DNA from: Desulfosoma sp.
GTDB taxonomy: Bacteria > Desulfobacterota > Syntrophobacteria > Syntrophobacterales > DSM-9756
NCBI GenBank assembly: GCA_037481835.1
Contig: JBBFKW010000002.1
Span: 192,001 to 256,000, forward strand
DNA: 64,000 nt
Direction of reading: 5' to 3'
Part shown: positions 9,286 to 18,551 of the stretch, in pieces
How positions within the stretch are numbered: the stretch's first letter is position 1
How the letters are laid out: every line of letters starts with the position of its first letter
Notes under the pieces: model-generated
What the model saw: only the letters and a program-made list of their open reading frames with translations
Databases searched by the model: none
What the model was told of the DNA's origin: nothing
Program-made: the position numbers and the translations under genes

Positions 9286-9922
9286 GGACATAAGCATCTA
9301 TGCGGTCCCGTTGCTCTTGGCCGTGGTCAGTCATGAGGTGGCCCACGGATGGGTGGCGGAAAAGCTGGGCGATCCCACGGCCCGGCTCATGGGGCGCATT
9401 TCTTTGAACCCTTTGGTTCACATCGACCCCGTAGGGACGGTGATCATTCCCCTGGTGCTCCTTGTCACCCATTCGCCTTTTCTGTTCGGCTGGGCCAAGC
9501 CGGTGCCTGTCCAGTTCCACAGGCTCCACGGGGGGCGCAAGGCCATGGCGTGGGTGGCGTTGGCCGGCCCTCTGACCAACTTGATGCTGGCGGCCGTGAG
9601 CGCCCTGGTTTACCGTCTGGTCGTCTTTTTGTTCGCCGTGGGGGCGTCATCCGGTATCTTGGGCCTTCTCTTGCATCCTTTGTATCACATGGCCCGTTTT
9701 TCCGTCGTCTTCAATCTCGTGCTCATGGCCGTCAACCTCTTTCCCGTGCCGCCTCTGGACGGCGGCCGGGTGCTTGTGGGGTTCTTGCCCCGCACCTTGG
9801 CCCTCCACGTGGCGCGTTTGGAACGCTACGGCATGGTCATCGTCTTGGTGTTCATGGTCACGGGCTGGTGGGGATACGTGCTTCGGCCCGTGGTAAATCT
9901 CTTTGCGAGAATTTTGCTTTAG
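9269..9922 (+). CDS. Site-2 protease family (M50) membrane metalloprotease
   Basis: HEVAH, AGPLTN, NLFPVPPLDGG; hydrophobic; GTG start overlapping the previous gene. Confidence 0.9.
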   Translation: MQDILKDISIYAVPLLLAVVSHEVAHGWVAEKLGDPTARLMGRISLNPLVHIDPVGTVIIPLVLLVTHSPFLFGWAKPVPVQFHRLHGGRKAMAWVALAGPLTNLMLAAVSALVYRLVVFLFAVGASSGILGLLLHPLYHMARFSVVFNLVLMAVNLFPVPPLDGGRVLVGFLPRTLALHVARLERYGMVIVLVFMVTGWWGYVLRPVVNLFARILL

Positions 9923-10001
9923 GCCGAGGCCCCTGCGGCGTCTTCGGCGGAGGCGAACCGGGCGGATGGATTTGGGAAGAGCTGAGGAGGAGAAAGACCT
10001 G

Positions 10002-11003
10002 ATGAACAAGGACAAGAGGATCTTGAGCGGTATGCGTCCCACGGGGCGGCTTCACTTGGGGAACCTTCACGGGGCGCTCAAGAACTGGATCCAGCTTCAA
10101 GATCAATACGACTGTTTCTTCTTCGTTGCGGACTGGCACGCTTTGACCACGGACTATGCGGATCCCGGAGCGATCCGCCAAAACACATGGGACATGATCC
10201 TGGATTGGTTCGCCGCAGGACTGGACCCCGAAAAGGCCGTCGTGTTCATCCAATCCCACGTCAAAGAACACGCCGAATTGTACTTGCTCCTGGGGATGAT
10301 CACCCCGCTCGCGTGGTTGGAACGCAACCCCACCTACAAGGAGCAGCAGCAGCAGTTGGACACCAAGGATCTGTCCACCTATGGTTTCTTGGGTTACCCG
10401 GTGCTCCAGGCGGCCGACATCATTATTTATCGGGCTCACGGGGTCCCCGTGGGCAAAGACCAGCTGCCCCATGTGGAACTGACCCGGGAGATCGCCCGGC
10501 GGTTCAACTTTATCTACAACCGAGAGGTTTTCCCCATTCCCGACGCCCTGCTCACGGAAGTTCCCGTGCTGCCGGGAACGGACGGGCGAAAGATGAGCAA
10601 GAGTTACGGCAACTGCATCTACATCACGGAGCCGGAAGAGTCGGTTCGCCGAAAGATCCTGCAGATGGTCACCGATCCGGCGCGGGCGCGGCGCACCGAT
10701 CCGGGGGACCCGGAAAAATGTCCGGTTTTTGAGTACCACAAGCTCTATTCCACGGCGGACGAAATTGCCCACGTGGTTCAGGGATGCCGCACGGCCGGCA
10801 TCGGATGCGTGGACTGCAAGAAGATCCTGCTGCCCCACCTGCTGGATCACCTCGCGCCCATCTGGGACAAACGGGCGGCCCTGGAAAGGGACATGGACGG
10901 GGTCAAGGCGGCGGTCCAGGCCGGTATCGAAAAGGCGGCCCGGGAAGCCCGAAAGACCATGGAGCTTGTGGTGGAAACCGTCGGTTTGGGAAATCATGAC
11001 TGA
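10002..11003 (+). CDS. trpS: Tryptophanyl-tRNA synthetase
   Basis: SGMRPTG.LHLGN, YPVLQAADI, VPVGKDQ, KMSKS; GAGGAG RBS. Confidence 0.96.
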   Translation: MNKDKRILSGMRPTGRLHLGNLHGALKNWIQLQDQYDCFFFVADWHALTTDYADPGAIRQNTWDMILDWFAAGLDPEKAVVFIQSHVKEHAELYLLLGMITPLAWLERNPTYKEQQQQLDTKDLSTYGFLGYPVLQAADIIIYRAHGVPVGKDQLPHVELTREIARRFNFIYNREVFPIPDALLTEVPVLPGTDGRKMSKSYGNCIYITEPEESVRRKILQMVTDPARARRTDPGDPEKCPVFEYHKLYSTADEIAHVVQGCRTAGIGCVDCKKILLPHLLDHLAPIWDKRAALERDMDGVKAAVQAGIEKAAREARKTMELVVETVGLGNHD

Positions 11004-11769
11004 AAGGCCACGCGTCACCCTAACGTCCGTAAGGCTCCATAAATACATCGCCCAGGCGGGTTTGGCGTCTCGGCGAACGGCGGAGCGATGGATCCTGGAG
11101 GGACGGGTTACGGTCAACGGCGCGGTGATCACCGCCCTGGGAACGACCGTGGATCCCGAGTGCGATGACGTGCGCGTGGACGGGCGCAAGGTGGCGCCGA
11201 TACGGGGCCGTGAAGTCATCCTTTTTCATAAGCCGCGGTTTTGCCTGACCACGGTGAACGACCCCCGGGGCCGGCCCACGGTCATGGATTATCTGCGAGG
11301 TCTTTCGGTGCGCGTCTACCCCGTGGGGCGCCTGGATTGGGATGCGTCTGGCGCGCTCATCCTCACCAACGACGGCGAGCTGGCCAACCGGTTGATGCAT
11401 CCCTCCTACGGGGTTCCGAAGGTCTATGAGGTCCAGGTCCAGGGGGTTCCAACGGCGGAACAGCTGGCGGCGCTGCGCCAGGGCGTTCCTCTGGCGGAGG
11501 GGGTCACGGCACCGGCCGCAGTTCGCCTGGTGCGCCGCGCCCAAACGTCCGCCTGGTTGGAAATAACCCTCCACCAAGGATGGTATCGCCAGATCAAGCG
11601 CATGGGTGAAGCCGTCGGTCTTCCCGTGCTCAGAATTCATCGCACGGCTTACGGGCCCATCCCGTTGGGGGCGCTGCCGGTAGGCCGGTGGAGACGCTTG
11701 ACGGAGCGGGAGGTTCGCCGGCTTCGGGAAGCGGTTTCGTTGCCGAGAGAGGCACAGGCGGGCGCATGA
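10996..11769 (+). CDS. rluB: Pseudouridine synthase, RluB/RsuA family
   Basis: S4 domain RLHKYIAQAGLASRR; catalytic YPVGRLD motif. Confidence 0.85.
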   Translation: MTERPRVTLTSVRLHKYIAQAGLASRRTAERWILEGRVTVNGAVITALGTTVDPECDDVRVDGRKVAPIRGREVILFHKPRFCLTTVNDPRGRPTVMDYLRGLSVRVYPVGRLDWDASGALILTNDGELANRLMHPSYGVPKVYEVQVQGVPTAEQLAALRQGVPLAEGVTAPAAVRLVRRAQTSAWLEITLHQGWYRQIKRMGEAVGLPVLRIHRTAYGPIPLGALPVGRWRRLTEREVRRLREAVSLPREAQAGA

Positions 11770-13676
11770 CGTTCAAGAAAGATCGTCAAAGAGAGCTTCC
11801 TTATGAGGGGTCTCTCTTTCGGCCGAGAAAGAAAAAGAGCCGAGCGGCCTCCGTGTTAAAGGGCGCCGCGGGAGCGGTCGTGGTGGTGGGGCTCATTGTT
11901 CTTGCGCAGACTCAGTGGAACCTTCTGGGAGCCTTTTCCGCCCATCTACCCGTGCCCCATCGGCTCGAAGAGCTGGTTTTGGAAGTGAACGCCAAACGGG
12001 AAACCATCCCACCGGACGGCGAAAAGATTCTCAATCCTCGGGATGCCGTGCGGTTCGTGGGCGTCAAAACCGACGGATGGTTTTCCTGGGGCGTGAAAGT
12101 CAGGGCTCCTGAGCTGGATTTTCACAGGGTGCATTCCAAGGCGGCGGTTTTGCGCGACCTTTTTCCCGCAGAACCTTTCGAAACGCCCAAGACCCTGGCG
12201 GTTGAGGCCACGTGGATGGGAAAGCGCTTGGGCGGAGCGAGGCTCGTTATTCAGTTGGACGCCAAGGATTGGATGTCCAAGGCGCAGGAGGCCGGAAAAA
12301 CCGAGGACAAGATCCGCTTCTTGGAAAAGGTCCTGGAGTCTGAGCCCCGAAATGTTTTGGCGAAAACGCAGCTTGCGGCCTTGTATGCCGAAGCCGGCCG
12401 GGCTTCCGATGCCGAAAGGCTTTACGAAGAGGTTCTGGAACTGGGGCAATCCCGGCCGGTCCTGGAACGGCTCATCGGCGTCTACAAGAAGCAGAAGAAG
12501 CATGCCAAGGTTGTCGAAGCGTCCCTGAACCTCCTGCAGCTTAGCGAAGACGCTCAGGTGTTTCAGGATCTCCTCGGCTATCTGCAAAACAACGTGCCCT
12601 CAAAGGAAGCTCTGACATTGCTTAAGCACTACGCCGGCAAAGTGCCCGCCAAGTACCGCGGCTCTTGGCACTTGGTGCGTGCGGACCTGGCGACCAAGAC
12701 GGAAAATTGGTCGGAAGCGGCCCAAGCCTACGAAAGCGCCGTGGCGTCGGGGGTTCGGGACCCCAACATCCACTACAATCTGTCCGTTGTGCGGACGAAA
12801 TCGGGGGATTTGGATCAAGCGGCCGAGGATCTGGAAAAATACCTTCGCGCCAACCCCAACGATGTGACCAATTGGTTGAAGTTGGCGGCCATGTACGAAA
12901 AGGCCGGCGAAGAGTCCAAGGCGGTGAAGATCTATCGGGACGTGGTCGCCAAGAGCCCCTCCGAAAAGCGGGCCCTCGTGCGCCTGGTGGCCCTCTTGGA
13001 AAAATCGGGGGATAAGAACGAGCTTTTAAAAATCTACGAAAACTTGGCCCGCTTGGACCCCGACGATCGGGTCGTCCAGTGGAATCTGGCCATGCTGTCC
13101 TACGAGGCCAAACAGTGGGACAAGGCTTTGAGCGCCTTTGAAAAATGCGCCGCCCTTTCGCCAAACGATCCAAAGCCTTTGAAATACCTGCTGGATCTCT
13201 ACCAAAAGAACAAGGACCAGGAAAAACAGATCGCCGTCCTGCAAAAGCTTATTGCCGTGGATAGGGACAACTTGGCTTATTACGATGCCTTGTTTACACT
13301 TTACGATCAGGCGAGGAACTATGATGCCATAATCAAGGTTTTTGAAGAGGCGTCGAAGAACAATCCCAAAGTGAAGGCGTTTCACGAATATCTTCTCTAC
13401 GGGGCGCTGAAGAAGGGCCAAAAGCAGAAGGCCTTGGCGGCTCTGGAAGAATTGTGTCGTCTGGAACCCAAAGAAGTGAAATATTTCAAACAGGCGGCGC
13501 AGCTACACGAGAGCCTGGGCCAATACTCGAAAGCTTTGGAAAAAATTAAGCGTGTTCTGGAAATCAATCCCAATGATGCGGCGGCCAAGGACGACTACCT
13601 GCGGCTGAGGCTCCTTTTGGTGGCGCCCAAGAAGACCGGCTTTTTCTATTGCACAGACAAGCCGGTTCGTGTATAG
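11766..13676 (+). CDS. Membrane-anchored tetratricopeptide repeat protein
   Basis: One N-terminal TM segment followed by many TPR-like helical repeats; ATGA overlap with rluB stop. Confidence 0.8.
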   Translation: MTFKKDRQRELPYEGSLFRPRKKKSRAASVLKGAAGAVVVVGLIVLAQTQWNLLGAFSAHLPVPHRLEELVLEVNAKRETIPPDGEKILNPRDAVRFVGVKTDGWFSWGVKVRAPELDFHRVHSKAAVLRDLFPAEPFETPKTLAVEATWMGKRLGGARLVIQLDAKDWMSKAQEAGKTEDKIRFLEKVLESEPRNVLAKTQLAALYAEAGRASDAERLYEEVLELGQSRPVLERLIGVYKKQKKHAKVVEASLNLLQLSEDAQVFQDLLGYLQNNVPSKEALTLLKHYAGKVPAKYRGSWHLVRADLATKTENWSEAAQAYESAVASGVRDPNIHYNLSVVRTKSGDLDQAAEDLEKYLRANPNDVTNWLKLAAMYEKAGEESKAVKIYRDVVAKSPSEKRALVRLVALLEKSGDKNELLKIYENLARLDPDDRVVQWNLAMLSYEAKQWDKALSAFEKCAALSPNDPKPLKYLLDLYQKNKDQEKQIAVLQKLIAVDRDNLAYYDALFTLYDQARNYDAIIKVFEEASKNNPKVKAFHEYLLYGALKKGQKQKALAALEELCRLEPKEVKYFKQAAQLHESLGQYSKALEKIKRVLEINPNDAAAKDDYLRLRLLLVAPKKTGFFYCTDKPVRV

Positions 13677-13677
13677 A
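13649..13677 (+). promoter_or_regulatory. sigma70-type promoter for tRNA-Val, inside the 3' end of the TPR gene
   Basis: TTGCAC-N17-TATAGA ending 11 nt before the tRNA. Confidence 0.55.
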
Positions 13678-13688
13678 AATGGCGATTC

Positions 13689-13764
13689 GGGCGGGTAACT
13701 CAGCGGTGAGAGTGCCATCCTCACACGGTGGAAGTCGAGGGTTCGAATCCCCCCCCGCCCACCA
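13689..13764 (+). tRNA. tRNA-Val (CAC)
   Basis: GGGCGGG/CCCGCCC acceptor stem, anticodon arm CCATC-CT-CAC-AC-GGTGG, GTTCGAATC, encoded CCA. Confidence 0.96.
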
Positions 13765-13774
13765 TGCAGCTTCC

Positions 13775-13804
13775 AAGCTTCGGCCGTGCCGAAGCTTTTT
13801 TTTT
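13775..13804 (+). terminator. Intrinsic terminator after tRNA-Val
   Basis: AAGCTTCGGC-CGT-GCCGAAGCTT followed by a T run. Confidence 0.85.
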
Positions 13805-13830
13805 GGCAAAATCCGAAGGGGAGCCGCGCG

Positions 13831-13986
13831 ATGTGGAAAGACAAAACGTGGAAGACTTTGATCTTGGGGGGCCTTATCGTCTTTTTGTTCGGGGGGCTGA
13901 GCGCCTGCAATACGGTCAAAGGGATCGGCAAAGACATCCGGTCCTTGGGAGGGGCCATCGAGCGGTCGGCCGGCGGCGGAAAGTAG
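13831..13986 (+). CDS. Entericidin A/B family lipoprotein
   Basis: Signal peptide with lipobox LSAC followed by the family signature NTVKGIGKDI. Confidence 0.8.
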   Translation: MWKDKTWKTLILGGLIVFLFGGLSACNTVKGIGKDIRSLGGAIERSAGGGK

Positions 13987-14170
13987 GGAAGGAAAACGCC
14001 AAAGGGCGTCGCCTTTTTGAGCAGGAAAAGGGCTCCGCCCGTCCCGTCGTCCTCAGGCCGTTAAAGGTTGAGGGGCACGGCGGGCCGTGCCCCTGGAACA
14101 TATCCAAAGAAGAAAGAAGGCGTGGGAGCGCCCATGGCGCGTTGAGACGGGTTTGGGGACGGCAGAGCCC

Positions 14171-14971
14171 CTAACGGACACCCGTGGGAAGAAAACTTTC
14201 CTCGCCCAGCATGGTGAACGGCGATTTGCCGTCGGGGACCCCCGTCTTGTAGTGGAAAATCCCTTCCACAAGGCTGTTCACGTGCTTGTAGAGCGCCCGA
14301 AGGGGGATGTTGGCCGGGCAGGTTTCTTCGCACAGGCCGCAGTCGATGCACCGGCCGGCCATGTGGACGGCCCGCACCAGGTGGAACGACGTGTCGGGGG
14401 GGAGTTTTTCTGCCGGAATGAGTTCTTTGTGTTCGAGGCTGCATTCCGTGCAGAAGCACACGGGGCACACGTCCCGGCAGCCGTAGCAGCGGATGCAGCG
14501 GTTGAAATGGCCGAGCCACCAGGCTAGGCGATCCGTCTCCGGCATGGTTTGCAGCTCATGCAGCCGCCGGCTTTCCTGCACCGGCTTGGGGGCTTCCCCG
14601 TAGTCCAAGCGGTCCGGATACGGCTTGGCGCACTCACAGTAAGACGCCAGATCCTGCGAACAGGCCTGTCCCAAGACCACGACCTTGTCGGGCTGGAGCT
14701 GGTTCCATTTGAACAGTTCGTAAAGGGAGCGTTCCTCGCAGCCGCGCACCAGGACCCCGAAAGTCTTGTCCGGGTTTTGCCGTGCTTGGGCCAGCAGGAG
14801 CTTGGTGACGGGATATCGGGCCTTAAACGGCTGCCAGGTTTCCAGCGCGTCCACATCGGCCTTGGTGAAAACCGCCGGGAAAGGCAGGCCGTGGACCGTC
14901 TTGTAAGCGATGAAGGCGTCCACGCGACCTTCTTCCAGAAGTTGTCGGACTTTGGTCTTCATGAGATCCAT
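14171..14971 (-). CDS. 4Fe-4S dicluster protein (FlxC/FdhB-like, Hdr-associated)
   Basis: VRGCEE, CIRCYGCRDVCPVCFC, RAVHMAGRCIDCGLCEETCP. Confidence 0.8.
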   Translation of the reverse strand: MDLMKTKVRQLLEEGRVDAFIAYKTVHGLPFPAVFTKADVDALETWQPFKARYPVTKLLLAQARQNPDKTFGVLVRGCEERSLYELFKWNQLQPDKVVVLGQACSQDLASYCECAKPYPDRLDYGEAPKPVQESRRLHELQTMPETDRLAWWLGHFNRCIRCYGCRDVCPVCFCTECSLEHKELIPAEKLPPDTSFHLVRAVHMAGRCIDCGLCEETCPANIPLRALYKHVNSLVEGIFHYKTGVPDGKSPFTMLGEESFLPTGVR

Positions 14972-15002
14972 CCTGTGCGATGATCGAGTCGAGGTTTCGC
15001 CA

Positions 15003-15443
15003 TTACAGTCCCATGGCCAAGCGCGGGCTCGCCTCAAAGGACGGGGCGGGGCCCAGGGATCGCACCTTTTCCGTAAAATCGCGGATGACTTCGGCGAACT
15101 TTATTCCCTCGGCCGAGGAAATCCATTCCAGGCGGAACCGCTCCGGGTTGTAGCCGGCAAACCGGATGAGCTCCTGGACGAAGGTCATGCGCTTGAGCGT
15201 CATGTAGTTGCCTTTGAGGTAGTGGCAGTCGCCGATGTGGCATCCGGCCACCAGCACGCCGTCGGCGCCGCGCTGAAAGGCGTGGATCACGTGGTGGGGC
15301 GACACCGTCCCCGAGCACATGACCCGAACCACACGAACATTGGGCGGATATTGAAAGCGGCTCACCCCGGCCAGGTCCGCTCCGGCATAGCTGCACCAGT
15401 TGCACAAGATCGCCAAAATTCTCGGTTCGAAACGTTCAGCCAT
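15003..15443 (-). CDS. mvhD: MvhD/FlxD-type [2Fe-2S] adaptor subunit
   Basis: CNWCSYAGADLAG, VMCSG, GCHIGDCHY, WISSAEG. Confidence 0.92.
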   Translation of the reverse strand: MAERFEPRILAILCNWCSYAGADLAGVSRFQYPPNVRVVRVMCSGTVSPHHVIHAFQRGADGVLVAGCHIGDCHYLKGNYMTLKRMTFVQELIRFAGYNPERFRLEWISSAEGIKFAEVIRDFTEKVRSLGPAPSFEASPRLAMGL

Positions 15444-15467
15444 GATTGCGTCTCCCGCCTTTGTGGC

Positions 15468-18400
15468 CTAAGCCGTTAAGGCCTCATCGATCTGGGTGTA
15501 GAGCTGCAGGTGCGAAAATCCCAGCAGCGTGATGGCTTCCGAAGGGCAGGTGGCCGCGCAGGTGCCGCATCCCTTGCACAAGGCCTGGTTTACTTCGCAC
15601 TTGGCCTCTTTTTCCAGGTAAGAGATCGCCCCAAAGGGGCAGCACTGGACGCAGCCCTGGCAACCGCAGCACAGATCCTTGTTGATGACGGCGACGACGC
15701 CGCCCGCCAAGATGGAATCCTTGGCCAGAATCGTCGCCGCCCGAGCGGCCGCCGCCTTGGCTTGGGCGATACATTCTTCCGTGGGCTTGGGATAGTGGGC
15801 CAGGCCCGCCACGAAGACGCCGTCCGTGGCGAAATCCACGGGGCGCAACTTGGCATGGGCTTCCAGGAAGAAGCCTTCCGAGTTAAGGGGCACCTTGAAC
15901 ATCTTGGCCAGTTCGTCCGCTTCCGCGCTCTGCATGACGATGGCTGAAGCCAGGGTGAGGATGTCGGGTTTGAGAACGATGGGCCGTTGGAGCACATGGT
16001 CGACGACGGTCACCGTCAGAGTGCCGTCGGGAGCCACCTGAACCTGGGGTTTCTTTTCCAGGTCGAAGCGGATGAAGAGAACCCCCCGGGCTCTGGCTTC
16101 CTTGTAGAGGTTTTCCCTGAGCCCGAAGGTGCGGATGTCCCTGTACAGGACGTAGACATCCATTTCGGGGTCGAGTTTTTTCAACCGCAACGCATTTTCG
16201 ATGGAGTGGCTGCAGCACACCCGGCTGCAATAAGGTCTTTCCGGTTCCCGGGATCCCACGCACTGGATGAAGACGGCCGAACGGGCGTGGGCGATCCGGG
16301 GATCGCGTTCGCTGATGGCCTTGTCCAGGTCCAGGTTGAGGAAGATCCGGTCGCTCTGGCCGTAGCCGTACTCGGTGGGTTTTAGGGAATGGGCGCCGAT
16401 GGCGAGGATCGCTACGCCGTGATCGATTTCCTTCCGGGTTCCGGCCACGTCCACCACGGTGTGGAAATTGCCCACGAAGCCTTGGACGTCTCGGATTTGG
16501 GCGTTGGTCAGTACCGTGATCTTGGGGTGCTGGATGACGCGGTGGATGAGCTCATCCAGATACGGGGCGATGGGCTGGCCGTCCCACGTGGAATAGAGTT
16601 TTCGGCCGTGACCGCCCAAAACGTCTTTTCGTTCCACGAGCGTGACCGGGTAGCCTTGGTCGGCCAGGGTCAGGGCGGCCGTCATGCCGGCGATGCCGCC
16701 CCCGACCACCAGGCCCGACTTGGTCACGTTGAGTTCCATTTCGCCCAAGGGCTGCTGCAGCGCCACCTTGGCCACGGCCATGCGGACCATGTCCTTGGCC
16801 TTTTCCGTGGCGGCTTCCGGTTCGTTCATATGGACCCACGAGCCCATATTGCGGATGTTGGCCATTTCAAAAAGATATTTATTCAGCCCTGCCTGCCGAA
16901 GCGTTTCTTGGAACAGGGCTTCATGGGTGCGCGGGGAACAGGCGGCCACAACGATGCGGTTCAGGCGGTGTTCCTCGATGACTTTCTTCATCTTGTCCTG
17001 AGTGTCCTGGGCGCACGTGAACAGGTTGCGCTCCACGTAGGCCACCGAAGGCAAGGTTTCCGCGTAATCGGCCACGGCCGCCACATCGATCACTCCGGCG
17101 ATGTTGACCCCGCAGTGGCACACGAACACCCCGACCCTGGGTTCCTCCGCCGCGACGTCTTTTTCCGAAAGGGCAGGGGGTTTTCGGGTGAGGCTGTTTC
17201 GGGCCGGAGCCAGAAGCGCCGCGGAATCCGCGGCGGCGGCGGAGGCCTCCATGACGGACAGGGGAATGTCCTTCGGGCTCTGGAAAACACCGCACACGAA
17301 AATGCCGTTTCGAGACGTCTGCACGGGCTCGAAAGGCGACGTGGCGGCAAAGCGCCCGTCCCCGATTTCGATTCCCAGGCGCTCCGCCATCTCCAGGGTA
17401 TCCTTGGCAATCTGGAGGCCGACGGAAAGGACCACGAGATTAAACGTTTCTTCAATGATTCTGCCGTCTTCCGTCACGTACTGAATGGCCATGTCGTCCG
17501 TTCCGGGAACCGCCTCGATGCTGTGGACCCGGGATCGGATGAAACGGACGTGCTTTTCCTTTTCGGCTCGTTCGTAGTACTTGTCGAAGTCCTTGCCCGG
17601 CGTGCGCATGTCCATGAAAAAGATGGCCGTATCCAGCTCCGGACCACTGTGTTCTATGGCGATACCGGCTTGCTTGATCGCGTACATGCAGCAGACCGCG
17701 GAGCAGTACCCGTTGTCACAATGGTGGATGTCTCGAGACCCCACGCATTGGAGCCATGCGATCTTCTTCGGTTCTTGATGGTCGCTGGGGCGGACGAGAT
17801 GGCCTTCGAACGGACCGGACGCCGAAAGGATCCGTTCGAATTCCATGGATGTGACCACATTGGGCAGCTTGGCGTAGTTGTAGGTGTCGTAAACTCTGGG
17901 ATCGAAAGGCTCAAAGCCGGGAGCCAGGATGATGCTTCCCACATCGAGGGTGAATTCGCGGTCCTGATCGTCGAATTTTACCGCCTGGGTCGGACAGAAT
18001 TTTTCACAGGCCCGGCACTTGCCCTTTTCGAAGTAAATGCAGTGATCCTTGTCGATCACATATTTCAAAGGCACGGCCTGGGGAAACTTGACATACGCGG
18101 CTTTGCGTGTGCCGAGCCCCGCATTGTATTCGTCAGGGACCTTCCGAGGGCATTTTTCCGCGCACGTCCCGCACCCGATACATTTGTCCATGTCAATGTA
18201 GCGAGCCCTTTGAAAAACGGTGACGCGAAAATTTCCCGCGTCCCCGGAAACGTCCTTCACCTCGGCGAGGGTGTGGAGTTGAATGTTCAGGTGCCGACCC
18301 ACTTCCACGAGTTTGGGGGACAGAATGCACAGTGAGCAATCGTCGGTCGGAAACGTTTTATCGAGCGTCGCCATGACACCGCCGATGGCCGAACTCTTTT

Positions 18401-18527
18401 CGATCAAATGGACAAAGTACCCTGAGTCGGCCAAATCCAAAGCGGCCTGGACGCCGGCGATGCCTCCACCAACCACCATGACGGATCCGATGGGGTTCGA
18501 AGGGGTGGGTCGCGTCGCATTGGTCAT
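15468..18527 (-). CDS. hdrA: Large heterodisulfide reductase subunit A-like flavoprotein (internally duplicated HdrA)
   Basis: Two GGGIAG Rossmann motifs, KTFPTDDC, two CVGSR...YCS.VCC motifs, GVFVCHCG...AACSP, internal and C-terminal ferredoxin motifs. Confidence 0.9.
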   Translation of the reverse strand: MTNATRPTPSNPIGSVMVVGGGIAGVQAALDLADSGYFVHLIEKSSAIGGVMATLDKTFPTDDCSLCILSPKLVEVGRHLNIQLHTLAEVKDVSGDAGNFRVTVFQRARYIDMDKCIGCGTCAEKCPRKVPDEYNAGLGTRKAAYVKFPQAVPLKYVIDKDHCIYFEKGKCRACEKFCPTQAVKFDDQDREFTLDVGSIILAPGFEPFDPRVYDTYNYAKLPNVVTSMEFERILSASGPFEGHLVRPSDHQEPKKIAWLQCVGSRDIHHCDNGYCSAVCCMYAIKQAGIAIEHSGPELDTAIFFMDMRTPGKDFDKYYERAEKEKHVRFIRSRVHSIEAVPGTDDMAIQYVTEDGRIIEETFNLVVLSVGLQIAKDTLEMAERLGIEIGDGRFAATSPFEPVQTSRNGIFVCGVFQSPKDIPLSVMEASAAAADSAALLAPARNSLTRKPPALSEKDVAAEEPRVGVFVCHCGVNIAGVIDVAAVADYAETLPSVAYVERNLFTCAQDTQDKMKKVIEEHRLNRIVVAACSPRTHEALFQETLRQAGLNKYLFEMANIRNMGSWVHMNEPEAATEKAKDMVRMAVAKVALQQPLGEMELNVTKSGLVVGGGIAGMTAALTLADQGYPVTLVERKDVLGGHGRKLYSTWDGQPIAPYLDELIHRVIQHPKITVLTNAQIRDVQGFVGNFHTVVDVAGTRKEIDHGVAILAIGAHSLKPTEYGYGQSDRIFLNLDLDKAISERDPRIAHARSAVFIQCVGSREPERPYCSRVCCSHSIENALRLKKLDPEMDVYVLYRDIRTFGLRENLYKEARARGVLFIRFDLEKKPQVQVAPDGTLTVTVVDHVLQRPIVLKPDILTLASAIVMQSAEADELAKMFKVPLNSEGFFLEAHAKLRPVDFATDGVFVAGLAHYPKPTEECIAQAKAAAARAATILAKDSILAGGVVAVINKDLCCGCQGCVQCCPFGAISYLEKEAKCEVNQALCKGCGTCAATCPSEAITLLGFSHLQLYTQIDEALTA

Positions 18528-18551
18528 GATGCTCTCTCCCTTGTTTGATCC

